The notes under the pieces: model-generated
Told to the model about the DNA's origin: nothing
What the model saw: the letters and a program-made list of their open reading frames with translations, nothing else
The model's database searches: none
Program-made: the position numbers and the translations under genes
In this document: piece after piece, positions 24,891 to 38,612 of the stretch
How the letters are laid out: the number at the start of each line of letters is the position of its first letter
How positions within the stretch are numbered: the first letter of the stretch is position 1
Origin: Anaeramoeba ignava BMAN
Taxonomy: Eukaryota > Protista > Anaeramoebae
DNA: 64,000 bases
Direction: 5' to 3'
Assembly: GCA_028826165.1 (NCBI GenBank)
Contig: JAPDFW010000054.1
Span: 186,001-250,000 of the forward strand

Positions 24891-25358
24891 ATGTCAGAAA
24901 CAGAAAAAAAAGAAGAAAAAATTACAACTGATTCAGAAAAAGAACAACCAAAAGAAACAACAAAAAAAGGAAAAGGAAAAGGAAAAGGAAGAAGAACAAC
25001 AAAAGGAAAAGGAAAAGGAAAACCAAAAAAAGAAAAGAAAGAAGGAGAAGAAGAAACAAAACAACAAAAAAAAAGAGTTGAAACATATTCATCATATATT
25101 TATCGAGTATTAAAACAAGTTCATCCAGATGTTGGAATTTCAAATAAAGCAATGATTATTATGAATTCATTTGTTAGTGATTGTTTTGATAGATTTGCAT
25201 TAGAAGCAGCTGAATTATCAAGATTAGGAGGAAAAGGAACAATTACAAGTAGAGATATTCAAGGTGCTGCTAGATTATTATTACCTGGTGAATTAGCAAG
25301 ACATGCAGTTTCAGAAGGAACAAAAGCTGTTACAAGATATTCAAATGCAGTTAAATAA
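24891..25358 (+). CDS. H2B: Histone H2B (divergent, long N-tail), intronless
   Basis: [31 protein letters not shown]...[28 protein letters not shown]. Confidence 0.97.
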   Translation: MSETEKKEEKITTDSEKEQPKETTKKGKGKGKGRRTTKGKGKGKPKKEKKEGEEETKQQKKRVETYSSYIYRVLKQVHPDVGISNKAMIIMNSFVSDCFDRFALEAAELSRLGGKGTITSRDIQGAARLLLPGELARHAVSEGTKAVTRYSNAVK

Positions 25359-25504
25359 AAAATTATTAATTAATTGATTTTTCTTTTAATTTTTAATTTT
25401 TTATTTTTAATTCAAAATTTTTTTTTTTTTTTTAATTTGAAATTCAAAAATTAATAAAAAAAAATTTAATTTTTCATTTTTTCTTTTTTTTTTCTTTTAA
25501 AATA

Positions 25505-28500
25505 ATGTCTAATTTTTATAATGAAATGGATTTTCTTTTTTCAAGAGTTTTACAACATCCAATAACAGAAAGATTAAAAAAAGAAGAAAAAGAAGAAATT
25601 TCAAATTTAACTGCAAAAGAAATTCTTAAAAGATGGGTTAATTCAAATTTAGAAAATAATTTAAAAATATCAAATTTTTCTTCAGATTTTCAAGTAAAAA
25701 ATAAATTAAATAAATAAAATAAAAATAAAAATAAAAATAATAATTATTATTATTATTAAAAAGGATGGAACAATTCTTTTAAAACTTTTATCAAAAATTT
25801 TTCCAGAAGAATATTTATCTCCTTTCTGGAAAATAACTATTTTAAGTGAACGTTTAATTTCTTTATTACAATTTCTTGAAAGGAATATTTCTTATCAAAA
25901 TTCTTTACCAAATCCTTTAGATATTTTAAATGTATTCTTGTGGAATTTATTTATTAAATTATTTATTAATTTATTTATTAATTTATTTATAAATTTATTT
26001 ATTAATTTATTTATTAATTTATTTATAAATTTATTTATTAATTTATTTATTAATTTATTTATTAAATTTATTTATTAATTTATTATTAAATTTATTTATT
26101 AATTTATTATTAAATTTATTTATTAATTTATTATTAAATTTATTTATTAATTTATTTATTAAATTTATTTATTAATTTATTTATTAAATTTATTTATTAA
26201 TTTATTTATTAAATTTATTTATTAATTTATTTATTAATTTATTTATTAATTTATTTATTAAATTTATTTATTAATTTATTTATTAAATTTATTTATTAAA
26301 TTTATTTATTAATTTATTTATTAATTTATTATTAAATTTATTTATTAATTTATTTATAAATTTATTTATTAATTTATTTATAAATTTATTTATTAATTTA
26401 TTTATTAATTTATTTATTAAATTTATTTATTAAATTTATTTATTAATTTATTTATTAAATTTATTTATTAAATTTATTTATTAAATTTATTTATTAATTT
26501 ATTTATTAATTTATTTATTAATTTATTTATTAATTTATTTATTAAATTTATTTATTAATTTATTTATTAATTTATTTATTAAATTTATTTATTAAATTTA
26601 TTTATTAAATTTATTTATTAATTTATTTATTAAATTTATTTATAAATTTATTTATTAATTTATTTATTAAATTTATTTATTAATTTATTTATAAATTTAT
26701 TTATTAATTTATTTATTAAATTTATTTATTAATTTATTTATTGAATTTATTTATTAATTTATTTATTAATTTATTTATTTATTAATTTATTTATTAATTT
26801 ATTTATAAATTTATTTATTAATTTATTTATAAATTTATTTATTAATTTATTTACAATTTATTTATTAATTTATTTATTTATTAATTTATTTATTAAATTT
26901 ATTTATAAATTTATTTATTAAATTTATTTATTTATTAATTTATTTATTAATTTATTAAATTATTTATTAATTTATTTATTAAATTTATTATTTATTAATT
27001 TATTTATTAAATTTTATTTATTTAAATTTATTTATTAATTTATTTATTAAATTTATTTATTAAATTATTTATTAATTTATTTATTAAATTTATTTATTAA
27101 TTTATTTATTAATTTATTTATTAATTTATTTATTAAATTTATTTATTAATTTATTATTAAATTTATTTATTAATTTATTTATTAAATTTATTTATTAAAT
27201 TTATTTATTAAATTTATTTATTAATTTATTTATTAAATTTATTTATTAATTTATTTATTAATTTATTTTTAAATTTATTTATTAATTTATTTATAAATTT
27301 ATTTATTAATTTATTTATTAATTTATTTATTAAATTTATTTATTAAATTTATTTATTAATTTAGGGAAATGAAACACAAATTACTCAATTAATTGCAATT
27401 ATTTTTTTATGGAAACCTTATTTAAGTGAATTTGAAATAACAACTGGAGAAGACTCAGATTCTTCAGAAATTGTTTTAGAATTTTCTGAACAAGAACAAG
27501 AAGTTGAAAACATTGATGAAATTGAATTTGTTCATGAAGAAGAAACACTTGGATTTGGAAAAAAAGAAATTTCTAAACTTCTTCATTTTACAAACAATAA
27601 TATTAAAATTATTGATCAATTTAAAGAATATAAAAATAAAACAAATAGTATTATTTCTTCTGCAAAACAAATAGCAAATTTCCTTGAAATTTCACAAAAA
27701 GATTCAATTCAAAAATTAAACAATGCTGCTTTATTATCTACTCAAGTATATTGAATTCAAAATTAAATTAAAAATTAAAAATTCAAAATTCAAAAAATTA
27801 TATTAAAAAAATTAGGAAATCTCATTCAGAATTCAATTCGTTTCTAACTCAATTCAAAAAATTATTCAATCTTTTCACCCAAAACCTCTTTCAAAAATAT
27901 TCGATGAAAATACATTGCTTAAAGTTACAGGATCATTCAATTTAGGAAGTCTTGATTGTATAATTAATACTAAAAATGTGGTTATCAAATTTATTAATGA
28001 AGATGGAGAATTTATTGATCCAAATTATGAAGAACAAATTTTTGCTTCAATTGAAACATTATTCAATAATATTATTTATGGATTTTATTTAAGAAATTCA
28101 ATTGCAAGAAATGTTTTATTATCTTTATTTGAAAAAAAATTATTAGATATTTCAATTAAAGGTTTGATTTCAAAAGAAAGAACAAAATTAAAAAGATGTT
28201 CCTTTTTTTGATTGATTGATTGATTTTTTATTTTCATTTATTTAGAACCAAAAGACCCTCTTTTGATTTCAATTCTTGAAAAGGAATTTGATCATTTTGT
28301 ATTAAGTGGATTGAATTTTAAATTAATATCAGAAATGATGAATCAATGCTTTAATCAAATAGGAATAGAAGAACAAGAAGTAAAATCGCAAATGAATACA
28401 AAAAAAAAACACAAAATATTTATATTTATATTTAATTTTATATTTCAATTCTAAATATTTATAAAGTTTGCTGCTGAAAATGTTCTTAAATCGCGTAAAT

Positions 28501-30482
28501 ACGCATTGGGAAAAACATTAAGATTAATAATCAAAGAGAAAACATCAAAAGAATTTCTTCAAACAGTTGAAGAAACACTATCCAAATTACGCGAACAAAC
28601 CGAAAATGATGGACTAAGTGAAATCCAAAATGAATTCCAAAGTGACAATGAATTCCAAGCTGATGACTTTAAAGAAAATTCCGGAGATGAGAAACCAAAA
28701 CAAAAACAAAAACAAACAATAACAAACGACTTGTCGTTGTTTAGAGACTCAAAAGAAAAGGCTGTACCGCTTATTGGAGACTATTTTTCAATCAATGATA
28801 TCGAGTTTTTAATTATTGCTTTAAATCCTCAAAATTGCCAAAAATTCGCCGATAAATTATCTCAATCATTATTTGAATTTTTGGAGCAATTTGGACTTGT
28901 TCTCCCATTTTTGAAGTTTCTTCTTTCGCAAGAAGTGCTAAGATCAAACGATCCAAATCAAATTTTTGTGGAAAAAAATTTTTCAGTTAAAATCCTTTCA
29001 ATGTTCTCAAGTTTGTATGGCAAAAAATATTTAAAAGACACATTGTTTTCACCGATAAACGAACTTTGCTCAAGTCAATTATCGTTTGAGATTGACCAGG
29101 AAATTGAAGCAAATGAAACCAATCTTGAGCAAAATGTTGTTAACACTCGCAAGTATTATGATAAAATAACAGACGCAATATTCATTTCATTGAAAAAAAT
29201 ACCGCCATCGTTTTCCCACATCTCTTCTCATATTTATCGGGAAATTCACCAGAAATTTTCTGATGAATCCATCTCTCTAAATGCTGTTAATGCTTTTATT
29301 ATCAAGAATTTTTTTATTCCAGCAATTCTTTCCCCTTACAAAATGAATGTTGTTGATGTTGATTTAAGTGAAAAAGCTTGTAGAGGATTGGAAATACTTG
29401 GGAAAATCATTTCCAATTTATTTGAGGGGAAATTATTTGAAAGTGAACTGAAAGGCCTGAGTATTTTTAATGAAGATATTGAAGCCAATTTAAAAAATCG
29501 AAAAAAATTTCTTGAAACTTTATCTGTTAGTTTTATCAATTATTCACAAAAAAAAAATTTTACAAAAACATGAAATTATTAAAATTATTCACAAAAAAAA
29601 TACAAAAACATGAAATTATTAAAATTTATTTAATTTTTTTATATATAATAGAGTCAAACAAATATAGAAATCTCAGAACTTTATAAACCATACTCAAATA
29701 TTTACCAACTCAAGCATGATGAACCAATCACATCTACATATGTTCATACCCTTTTTGAGCCAATAATCAAAACAACAAAAACAAATCAAGCACAAATTGT
29801 TTCCGATTGCGTTTCGGGAATCCAGAGTTATTTGCCCAAAATAGCCAATGATTTCCACAGTTCTGATGGGATTTATCGACTGAACAGACACAAAGAAAGC
29901 CTGTCAAATTTCCAGCAAGAAATCACTGAAATTTTATCAAATTTTTCGTTGCTTGATAACGCTGTTTTCGATATTGAACAAGCTTTAGTTCAGAAATTTG
30001 GAGCACGTTCAAAAACATCAAAACAAGTTAGATTTACAAGCGATGTTGTCAATGAAGACAAAATAAATCAGCCACAAAAAGCACAAAATGTCGAAGAAAA
30101 AAAACCCGAAAAAATGTCATTCAATGAACAAAATGAAAAAAGATTTGAACTTTGGGAAAAAATGTCACAAGTTAAACCTAAAAAGGAAAGTTTCATGCGA
30201 ATGAGAAGTACTAATTTGAAAAAAAGAAAGCGTTTTGTTGTCATGAAGAGAAATATGATTGCTTTATTTGATGATAAATCAGCTGATCGACAAAAACCTG
30301 TTGATGTTATTTTGATTAACTCTTCAATTTCCGTTACTGAAGTTTCAAAGAAATTCTCAAAACAAATGAAATTTATTATTCTTGAAACTATTCCTAAAAA
30401 GAATGATATTCATTTTACTTGTGATGGAAATGAATTCCAAGATTGGATTTCCTTAATCAAAGAAGCTCAAAAATTACTTTAA
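25505..30482 (+). CDS. CH-domain + RasGAP-like + PH-domain protein (~1035 aa); exons 25505-25693, 25764-25931, 27365-27745, 27816-28161, 28246-28379, 28467-29525, 29652-30482
   Basis: CH: EILKRWVN...ISNFSSDFQDGTILLKLL; RasGAP fold: YGKKYLKDTL.SPI, FFIPAILSP, LGKIISNL; PH: KKRKRFVVM...FQDWISLIKEA; splices restore frame. Confidence 0.8.
25945..27360. repeat. ~1.4-kb 12-13-bp repeat (TTTATTTATTAA[A]) filling RasGAP intron 2
   Basis: Directly visible between GT at 25932 and AG at 27364. Confidence 0.93.
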
Positions 30483-30929
30483 CTTTTTTTTTTTTAAAAC
30501 AAAATTAAAAGCGAAAAAAAAAATTTTTTTATTCTTCTTTTCTCTTCAAGATCTCTTTTAAAAACAAATTAAAATTAAATTAAAATTCATTTATAAAATT
30601 AAAATTAAAATTAAAATTAAAATTAAAATTAAAATTAAAATTAAAATTTTAAAATTTAAATTAAAATTAAAAGGTGAACATTTTATAATTCTGATCAAAA
30701 TAAATGAGAAAAAATTAAGAAATAAAAAAACAAAAAATTTTTTTTCTCTTTTTTTCTTTTTAATTTTTTTTTTTATTTTTTTTTTTCTTCTTCTTTTTTA
30801 CAACATAAGTTTATTTTTTTATTATTTAATTTATTATTCATTTTTTATTTCAAATTAAAATAATAAAATAATAAAATAAAAATAAAAAAATCATCAAAAA
30901 AATAATTAAAATAAAATTTATTAAATAAA

Positions 30930-33900
30930 ATGCAACTAAAATTAAATAATGTTAATAAAGCAGCTCTTCTTCGTAAAATAGAAGAAGTTAAAGAAAAACC
31001 TCAAAAATCTTTAATGCAAACAAATCTAACATTTACTTTTAATCCTAGAGCCAAATTACCAATTTCAGCAAGTAATTTATTTATTTAATAAATAATTTTA
31101 AATTTTTTTTAAATAATTTTTTTTTTTGCTTTTATTATTTATAATTTATTTATTTTTTTCTTAATTTTGTTTTGTTTTGAATTATCAATTTTTCCCTTTT
31201 ATTTTTTTTCTATTTACATTCCTCTTTAAATTTACTTTAAAGATCAATTTATTATCAAATTTTTTTCTTATTTTAATTTAATACCAAATTTTTAATTTTT
31301 ATTTTTAATTTTAATTTTAAATTTTATTTTAATTAGAGGTTTATTTTGAAAATGGTTCTTGTCATATTCCTGTTGATATTCCTCAAATTCTTGGTGGAAA
31401 AGAAAGAGCTCCTTATCCTATTGATATTTGCAATTATGCGTTTGTTATATTTTTTATTTTTTTAACAACAACAAAAAAACTAATTTTAAATTATTCTTTA
31501 TTTTTTTTAATTTTGATCTAAAAGTCTTGCTGCAATGCATATGAAGTAAATATAAATCTAAATCTAAATCTAAATCTAAATCTAAATCTAAATCTAAATC
31601 TAAATCTAAATCTAAATCTAAATCTAAATCTAAATCTAAATCTAAATCTAAATCTAAATCTAAATCTAAATCTAAATCTAAATCTAAATCTAAATATAAA
31701 TATAAATATAAATATAAATATAAATCTAAATATAAATATAAATATAAATATAAATATAAATATAAATATAAATATAAATATAAATATAAATATAAATATA
31801 AATATAAATATAAATATAAATCTAAATATAAATCTAAATATAAATATAAATATAAATCTAAATATAAATATAAATATAAATATAAATATAAATATAAATA
31901 TAAATCTAAATATAAATATAAATATAAATATAAATATAAATATAAATCATAAATATAAATATAAATATAAATATATAAATATAAATATAAATATAAATAT
32001 AAATATAAATATAAATATAAATATAAATATAAATATAAATATAAATATAAATATAAATATAAATATAAATATAAATATAAATATAAATATAAATATAAAT
32101 ATAAAATATATAAAATATAAATATAAATATAAATATAAATATAAATATAAATATAAATATAAATATAAATATAAATATAAATATAAATATAAATATAAAT
32201 ATAAATATAAATATAAATATAAATATAAATATAAATATAAAATATAAATATAAATATAAATATAAATCCAAATATAAATCTAAAATAAATATAAATATAA
32301 ATATAAATATAAATAAAATATAAATATAAATATAAATATAAATATAAATATAAATATAAATCTAAATATAAATATAAATCTAAATATAAATATAAAATAT
32401 AAATATAAATATAAATATAAATATAAAAATATAAATATAAAATATAAATATAAATATAAATATAAATATAAATCTAAATATAAAATATAAAATATAAATA
32501 ATCATAAATATATAAATATAAATATAAATATAAAATAACATAAATATAAAATAAATAAAATATAATTAAATATAAAAATATAAATATAAATATAAATATA
32601 AATATAAAAATATAAATAAAAATAAATAATATAAATATAATATATAAAAATATAAATATAAATATAAATATAAATATAAATATAAAATATAAAATATAAA
32701 TATAAATATAAATATAAATATAAATATAAACCAAATATAAATATAAATATAAATATAAATATAAAATAAAATCTAAATATAAAATAAAAATATAAAATAA
32801 ATATAAATATATAAATATAAATATAAAATATAAATATAAATATAAATATAAATCCAAATATAAAAATATAAATATAAAATATAAATAAAAATAAATAAAT
32901 ATAAAAATATATAAAAATAAATATAAATATAAATATAAATATAAAAATAAATATAAATACAAAAATATAAATATAAAATATATAAATATAAAATAAATAA
33001 AAATATAAATAAAATATGTAATATAAAATAAAAATAATAAATATAAATAAATATAAATATAAATCTAAATATAAAATATAAATATAAAATATAAATATAA
33101 ATATAAATATAAATATAAATATAAATCTAAATATAAAATATAAAATATAAATAAAATATAAATATAAATATAAATATAAAATATAAATATAAATATAAAT
33201 ATAAAATATAAATATAAATATAAATATAAATATAAATATAAATCTAAATATAAATATAAATATAAATATAAATCTAAATATAAATAAATATAAATATAAA
33301 TATAAATCTAAATATAAATATAAATATAAAATATAAATATAAATATAAATAAATATAAATATAAATATAAATATAAATATAAATATAAATATAAATATAA
33401 ATATAAATATAAATATAAATATAAATATAAATATAAATATAAATATAAATATAAATATAAATATAAATTAAATATAAATATAAATATAAATATAAATATA
33501 AATATAAATATAAATATAAATATAAATCTTATAAATATAAATATAAATATAAATATAAATATAAATATAAATATAAATATAAATCTAAATCTAAATATAA
33601 ATATAAATATAATTCAAATATAAATATAAATATAAATATAAATATAAATATAAATATAATTATAAATATAAATATAAATATAAATATAAATATAAATATA
33701 AATATAAATATAAATATAAATCTAAATCTAAATATAAATATAAATATAAAAATATATAAATATAAATATAAATATAAATATAAATATAAATATAAATATA
33801 AATATAAATATAAATCTAAATCTAAATCTAAATCTAAATCTAAATCTAAATATAAATATAAATCTAAATATAAATATAAATCTAAATAAAAATATAAATA

Positions 33901-34896
33901 TAAATATAAATATAAATATAAATATAAATATAAATCTAAATATAAATATAAATATAAATATAAATATAAATATAAATCTAAATTAAATATAAATATAAAT
34001 CTAATTTCAAAAATAAAAGAACCTTTGTGAATCTTTGCACATTTTATAACATCACGTTAGAAAAAGCTAAAATACGCAGTTATTTACATTTTGATTATGG
34101 TAAATTATATGGAGAAAAAGCAGACAAATCAACAACAACAAAATTTGGGTTCATTTTATCAGTATTTACAAAAGAACCAAAAGAAAAAATAGAAAAAATA
34201 CATGAACTAACAAAACAATGTTCACCAGCAATATATTTAGCACAAAACAAAATTGAAATTGAGACAGAAACATTAATAACACCAAATAGCAAAGCAGAAA
34301 TCAAACCCAAAAAACATCCACTTAACGGAATTGATCTTGAAAAAGTAGAAAATTTCAAAGAAAAATCAAACGAATCAAAAGATAAAATTTGGCCAACAAT
34401 TTTAGAAGGAGAATGGGATTGTGAGGGCAAAACAGGACATCAATTTTCAGCAAGACTTTTTTATGGAAATGGAAAATATACTGATTTGTTTGCTGATGAA
34501 CGATCTTTTCTTGGAGGCGAATCTAATGCACCAAGTCCTGTTCAATATTTTTTGAGTTCAGTTAGTTCATGTATTTTAGTTCACTTTATTCTTCTTTGCA
34601 CTCAAAAAAAAATCCCAATTAAAACCCTTTTACTTGAAACTCAAATCGATAAAGAATTTGCTGCTGAATTTGGTTTAGAAGCAATTCCTGTTATTCGCAA
34701 TTTATCTTTCCATTTTGAAATTGATATTGATCAAGACCAATCTGTTTGTGATGAATTAGTTCGTGAATCTTTATTAAGATGTCCTCCAGTAAATATGATT
34801 GTGTTTAGTTGTTCAACTGAAAATGAGATTATGGTTAATCAATCTTTTCCTCAAACTTTTTCTTTTGAAAAAGACAAGAAATGTTCTATGATGTAA
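30930..34896 (+). CDS. Tandem OsmC/Ohr-family protein (~380 aa) with a C-terminal CaaX box; exons 30930-31071, 31337-31439, 31525-31545, 34020-34896
   Basis: Domain 1: LNNVNK...[29 protein letters not shown]...QCSPA. Domain 2: LNGID...[27 protein letters not shown]...RCPP. Ends KDKKCSMM*. All junctions are GT-AG and in frame. Confidence 0.85.
31549..34003. repeat. ~2.45-kb (AAATAT/AAATCT)n microsatellite filling OsmC intron 3
   Basis: Directly visible. Confidence 0.95.
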
Positions 34897-35002
34897 AACC
34901 TCTTTTTTTTTTAAAAAAAGGTTTCATTTTTTTCTTCTTCTGTTGTTTTTGAAAAATTTCTTTTTAAAAAAAATATAATTGAAATAAAAATTCAAGCAAA
35001 TC

Positions 35003-36240
35003 AAACTTATTAATTAAACTTATTAATTAAATTTATTAATTAAATTTGGATTGAATTTATTGATTAAATTTGGATTAAATTTGGATTAAATTTGGATTAA
35101 ATTTATTAATTAAATTTGGATTAAATTTGGATTAAATTTATTAATTAAATTTGGATTAAATTTATTAATTAAATTTGGATTAAATTTATTAATTAAATTT
35201 GGATTAAATTTATTTATTAAATTTATTAATTAAATTTATAGATTAAATTTATTTATTAAATTTGGATTGAATTTATTAATTAAATTTAGATTAAATTTGG
35301 ATTAAATTTATTAATTAAATTTATTAATTAAATTTATTAATTAAATTTGGATTAAATTTATAGATTAAATTTATTAATTAAATTTGGATTAAATTTGGAT
35401 TAAATTTATTAATTAAATTTGGATTGAATTTATTTATTAAATTTATTTATTAAATTTGGATTAAATTTAGATTAAATTTATTAATTAAATTTGGATTAAA
35501 TTTGGATTAAATTTATTTATTAAATTTATTAATTAAATTTGGATTGAATTTATTAATTAAATTTAGATTAAATTTATTAATTAAATTTAGATTAAATTTG
35601 GATTAAATTTATTAATTAAATTTATTGATTGAATTTGGATTAAATTTGGATTAAATTTGGATTGAATTTATTAATTAAATTTATTAATTAAATTTGGATT
35701 AAATTTGGATTGAATTTATTTATTAAATTTATTAATTAAATTTAGATTGAATTTATTAATTGAATTTAATTAATAAATTTATTTATTAAATTTATTAATT
35801 AAATTTATTAATTAAATTTATTAATTAAATTTATTAATTAAATTTGGATTAAATTTATTAATTAAATTTAGATTGAATTTATTAATTAAATTTGGATTGA
35901 ATTTGGATTAAATTTATTAATTAAATTTGGATTAAATTTATTAATTAAATTTGGATTGAATTTATTAATTAAATTTAGATTAAATTTATTAATTAAATTT
36001 ATTAATTAAATTTGGATTAAATTTATTGATTGAATTTGGACTAAATTTATTAATTAAATTTGGATTAAATTTATTAATTAAATTTGGATTAAATTTGGAT
36101 TGAATTTATTAATTAAATTTGGATTAAATTTGGATTGAATTTATTAATTAAATTTGGATTAAATTTAGATTAAATTTATTTATTAAATTTGGATTAAATT
36201 TATTTATTAAATTTGGATTGAATTTATTTATTAAATTTAA
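35003..36240. repeat. Intergenic minisatellite of mixed 11-13-bp units (TTAAATTTGGA / TTAAATTTATTAA)
   Basis: Directly visible. Confidence 0.92.
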
Positions 36241-36351
36241 ATGAAAGAAAAAAAAAAAAGAGAAAAATTTTTTTTTTTTAATTGAAAATTTTTTTTTGAA
36301 TTTTTTGCTTTTTCATTTTTTTTTCATCTTGATTAATTTTATCAATAAAAA

Positions 36352-36981
36352 ATGAAACTCAAGTGGCTTGGACACGCATCATTCAAAATTAAAACAGATG
36401 AAAACGTGATTTATATTGATCCATTTGCAGGAGACGATTACAATGAAAAAGCAAATCTTATCCTTGTTTCACATGATCATTTTGACCATTCTGATGCAAA
36501 AAAAATTGAACAAATTAGAACAGATTCAACAACAATTTTGACAACTAGCAAACAAGCTGAAGTTTTAAAAGGAGAAGAAATGAAAATTGGAGCAACTGTC
36601 AAAGTCGGAAACGATGTCATTTCTGCAATTCCAGCTTATAACATTGAAAAGCAATTTCATCCAAAAGAATCGGGATTTTTAGGTTTCATTGTCACTTCTA
36701 ATGGGAAATCTATTTATCATGCAGCTGACACTGACCACATTCCTGAAATGAAAGGTTTAAAACCGACAGTGGCACTTCTTCCTATTGGTGGCAAATACAC
36801 TATGGATCCTAAAGAGGCTTTTGCAGCTGTCAAAGACATTCAACCTGAAATTGTTATTCCAATGCATTATGGAAATATTATTGGCAATTCAGATGATGCT
36901 AACAATTTTAAAGAATTAGTGGAAAATTCAACTGAAATCAAAGTGATCATTTTAAAAGAGGGGGATGAAATTGACATTTAA
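36352..36981 (+). CDS. MBL-fold metal-dependent hydrolase (UlaG/UPF0173-like), intronless, prokaryote-like
   Basis: WLGHASF, IYIDPF, SHDHFDH metal motif, IYHAADT, LPIGG.YTM...EA, VIPMHYG. Confidence 0.93.
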   Translation: MKLKWLGHASFKIKTDENVIYIDPFAGDDYNEKANLILVSHDHFDHSDAKKIEQIRTDSTTILTTSKQAEVLKGEEMKIGATVKVGNDVISAIPAYNIEKQFHPKESGFLGFIVTSNGKSIYHAADTDHIPEMKGLKPTVALLPIGGKYTMDPKEAFAAVKDIQPEIVIPMHYGNIIGNSDDANNFKELVENSTEIKVIILKEGDEIDI

Positions 36982-37244
36982 TTTCCCTTTTTCTTTTCTT
37001 TCATTTTCTTTCATTTTCTTTCATTTCATTTTTTTTTGCTTTTTTTTTGCTTTTTGAAAAACAAAAACAACAACAAAAACAAAAACAAAAACAACAACAA
37101 AAACAACAACAAAAACAAAAACAAAAACAAAAACAAAAACAATTCAATTCAATTCAATAAAATTCAATTCAATTCAATTCAATAAAATTCCAAATCAAAA
37201 CAAATTCATTTTAATTCCTATTTTAAATGAGAAATTTTTTTTTA

Positions 37245-38612
37245 ATTTTTTGACATTATTTTTGATTTATTGTTTTATTTTTGACTTATTGTTTTATTTT
37301 AAAAGATATTACTTATAAATTTAATTTAAATTTTATTTATTTTTATTTAGGAAATTTAATTAAATTTTTTGACATAATTTAAATTAAAATTTTTTATTTT
37401 TATATTTAAAGATCTTAATTATTAATTATTTTTGATTTATTGTTTTATTTTATTTTGATTCTATTTTTTATTTTAAAAGATATTACTTATAAAATTTATT
37501 TAAATTTAATTTGATTTTATTTAGGAAATTTAATTAAATTTTTTGACATAATTTAAATTTAAATTTTTTATTTTTATATTTAAAGATCTTAATTAATTAT
37601 TTTTGATTTATTATTTTGTTTTATTTTGATTCTAATTTTTATTTTAAAAGATATTAATTATAAATTTAAGGTAAATTTTATTTAAATTTATTTAGGAAAT
37701 TTAATTAAATTTTTAACATAATTTTAATTTAAATTTTTATTTTTATATTTAAAGATCTTAATTATTTTGATTTATTGTTTTGCTTTATTTTGATTTATTA
37801 TTTTAAATTTATTTTATTTTATTTAGGAAATTTAATTAAATTTTTGACATAATTTAAATTTAAATTTTTATTTTTAATATTTAAAGATCTTAATTATTAA
37901 TTATTTTGATTTATTGTTTTGTTTTATTTTGATTCTAATTTTTATTTTTGAAAGATATTAATTATAAAATTTAAATTAAATTTATTTGATTTTATTTAGG
38001 AAATTTAATTAAATTTTTTGACATAATTTAAATTTAAATTTTTTTTTTAATATTTAAAGATCTTAATTATTGATTATTTTGATTTATTGTTTTGCTTTAT
38101 TTTGATTCTAATTTTTATTTTGAAAGATATTAATTATAAATTTAATTTAAATTTTATTTAATTTTATTTAGGAAATTTAATTAAATTTTTTGACATAATT
38201 TAAATTTAAATTTTTTTTTTAATATTTAAAGATCTTAATTATTGATTATTTTGATTTATTATTTTGCTTTATTTTGATTCTAATTTTTATTTTAAAAGAT
38301 ATTAATTATAAATTTTATTTAATTTTTATTTAATTTTATTTAGGAAATTTAATTAAATTTTTTGGCATAATTTAAATTTAAATTTTTATTTTTAATATTT
38401 AAAGATCTTAATTATTGATTATTTTGATTTATTGTTTTGTTTTATTTTTGACTTATTGTTTTATTTTAAAAGATATTAATTATAAATTAAATTTAAATTT
38501 TATTTGATTTTATTTAGTAAATTTAATTAAATTTTTTGACATAATTCAATTTTAAATTATTTATTTTTAATATTTAAAGATCTTAATTATTAATTATTTT
38601 GATTTATTATTT
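37245..38612. repeat. AT-rich satellite, unit ~170 bp, about 8 copies
   Basis: TAGGAAATTTAATTAAATTTTTTGACAT...AAAGATCTT recurs near 37347, 37522, 37693, 37824, 37997, 38169, 38341 and 38515. Confidence 0.9.

Noticed and set aside
35003-36240. Minisatellite as interstitial telomeric repeat
   Set aside because: Units lack a G-run telomere-like consensus and are heterogeneous
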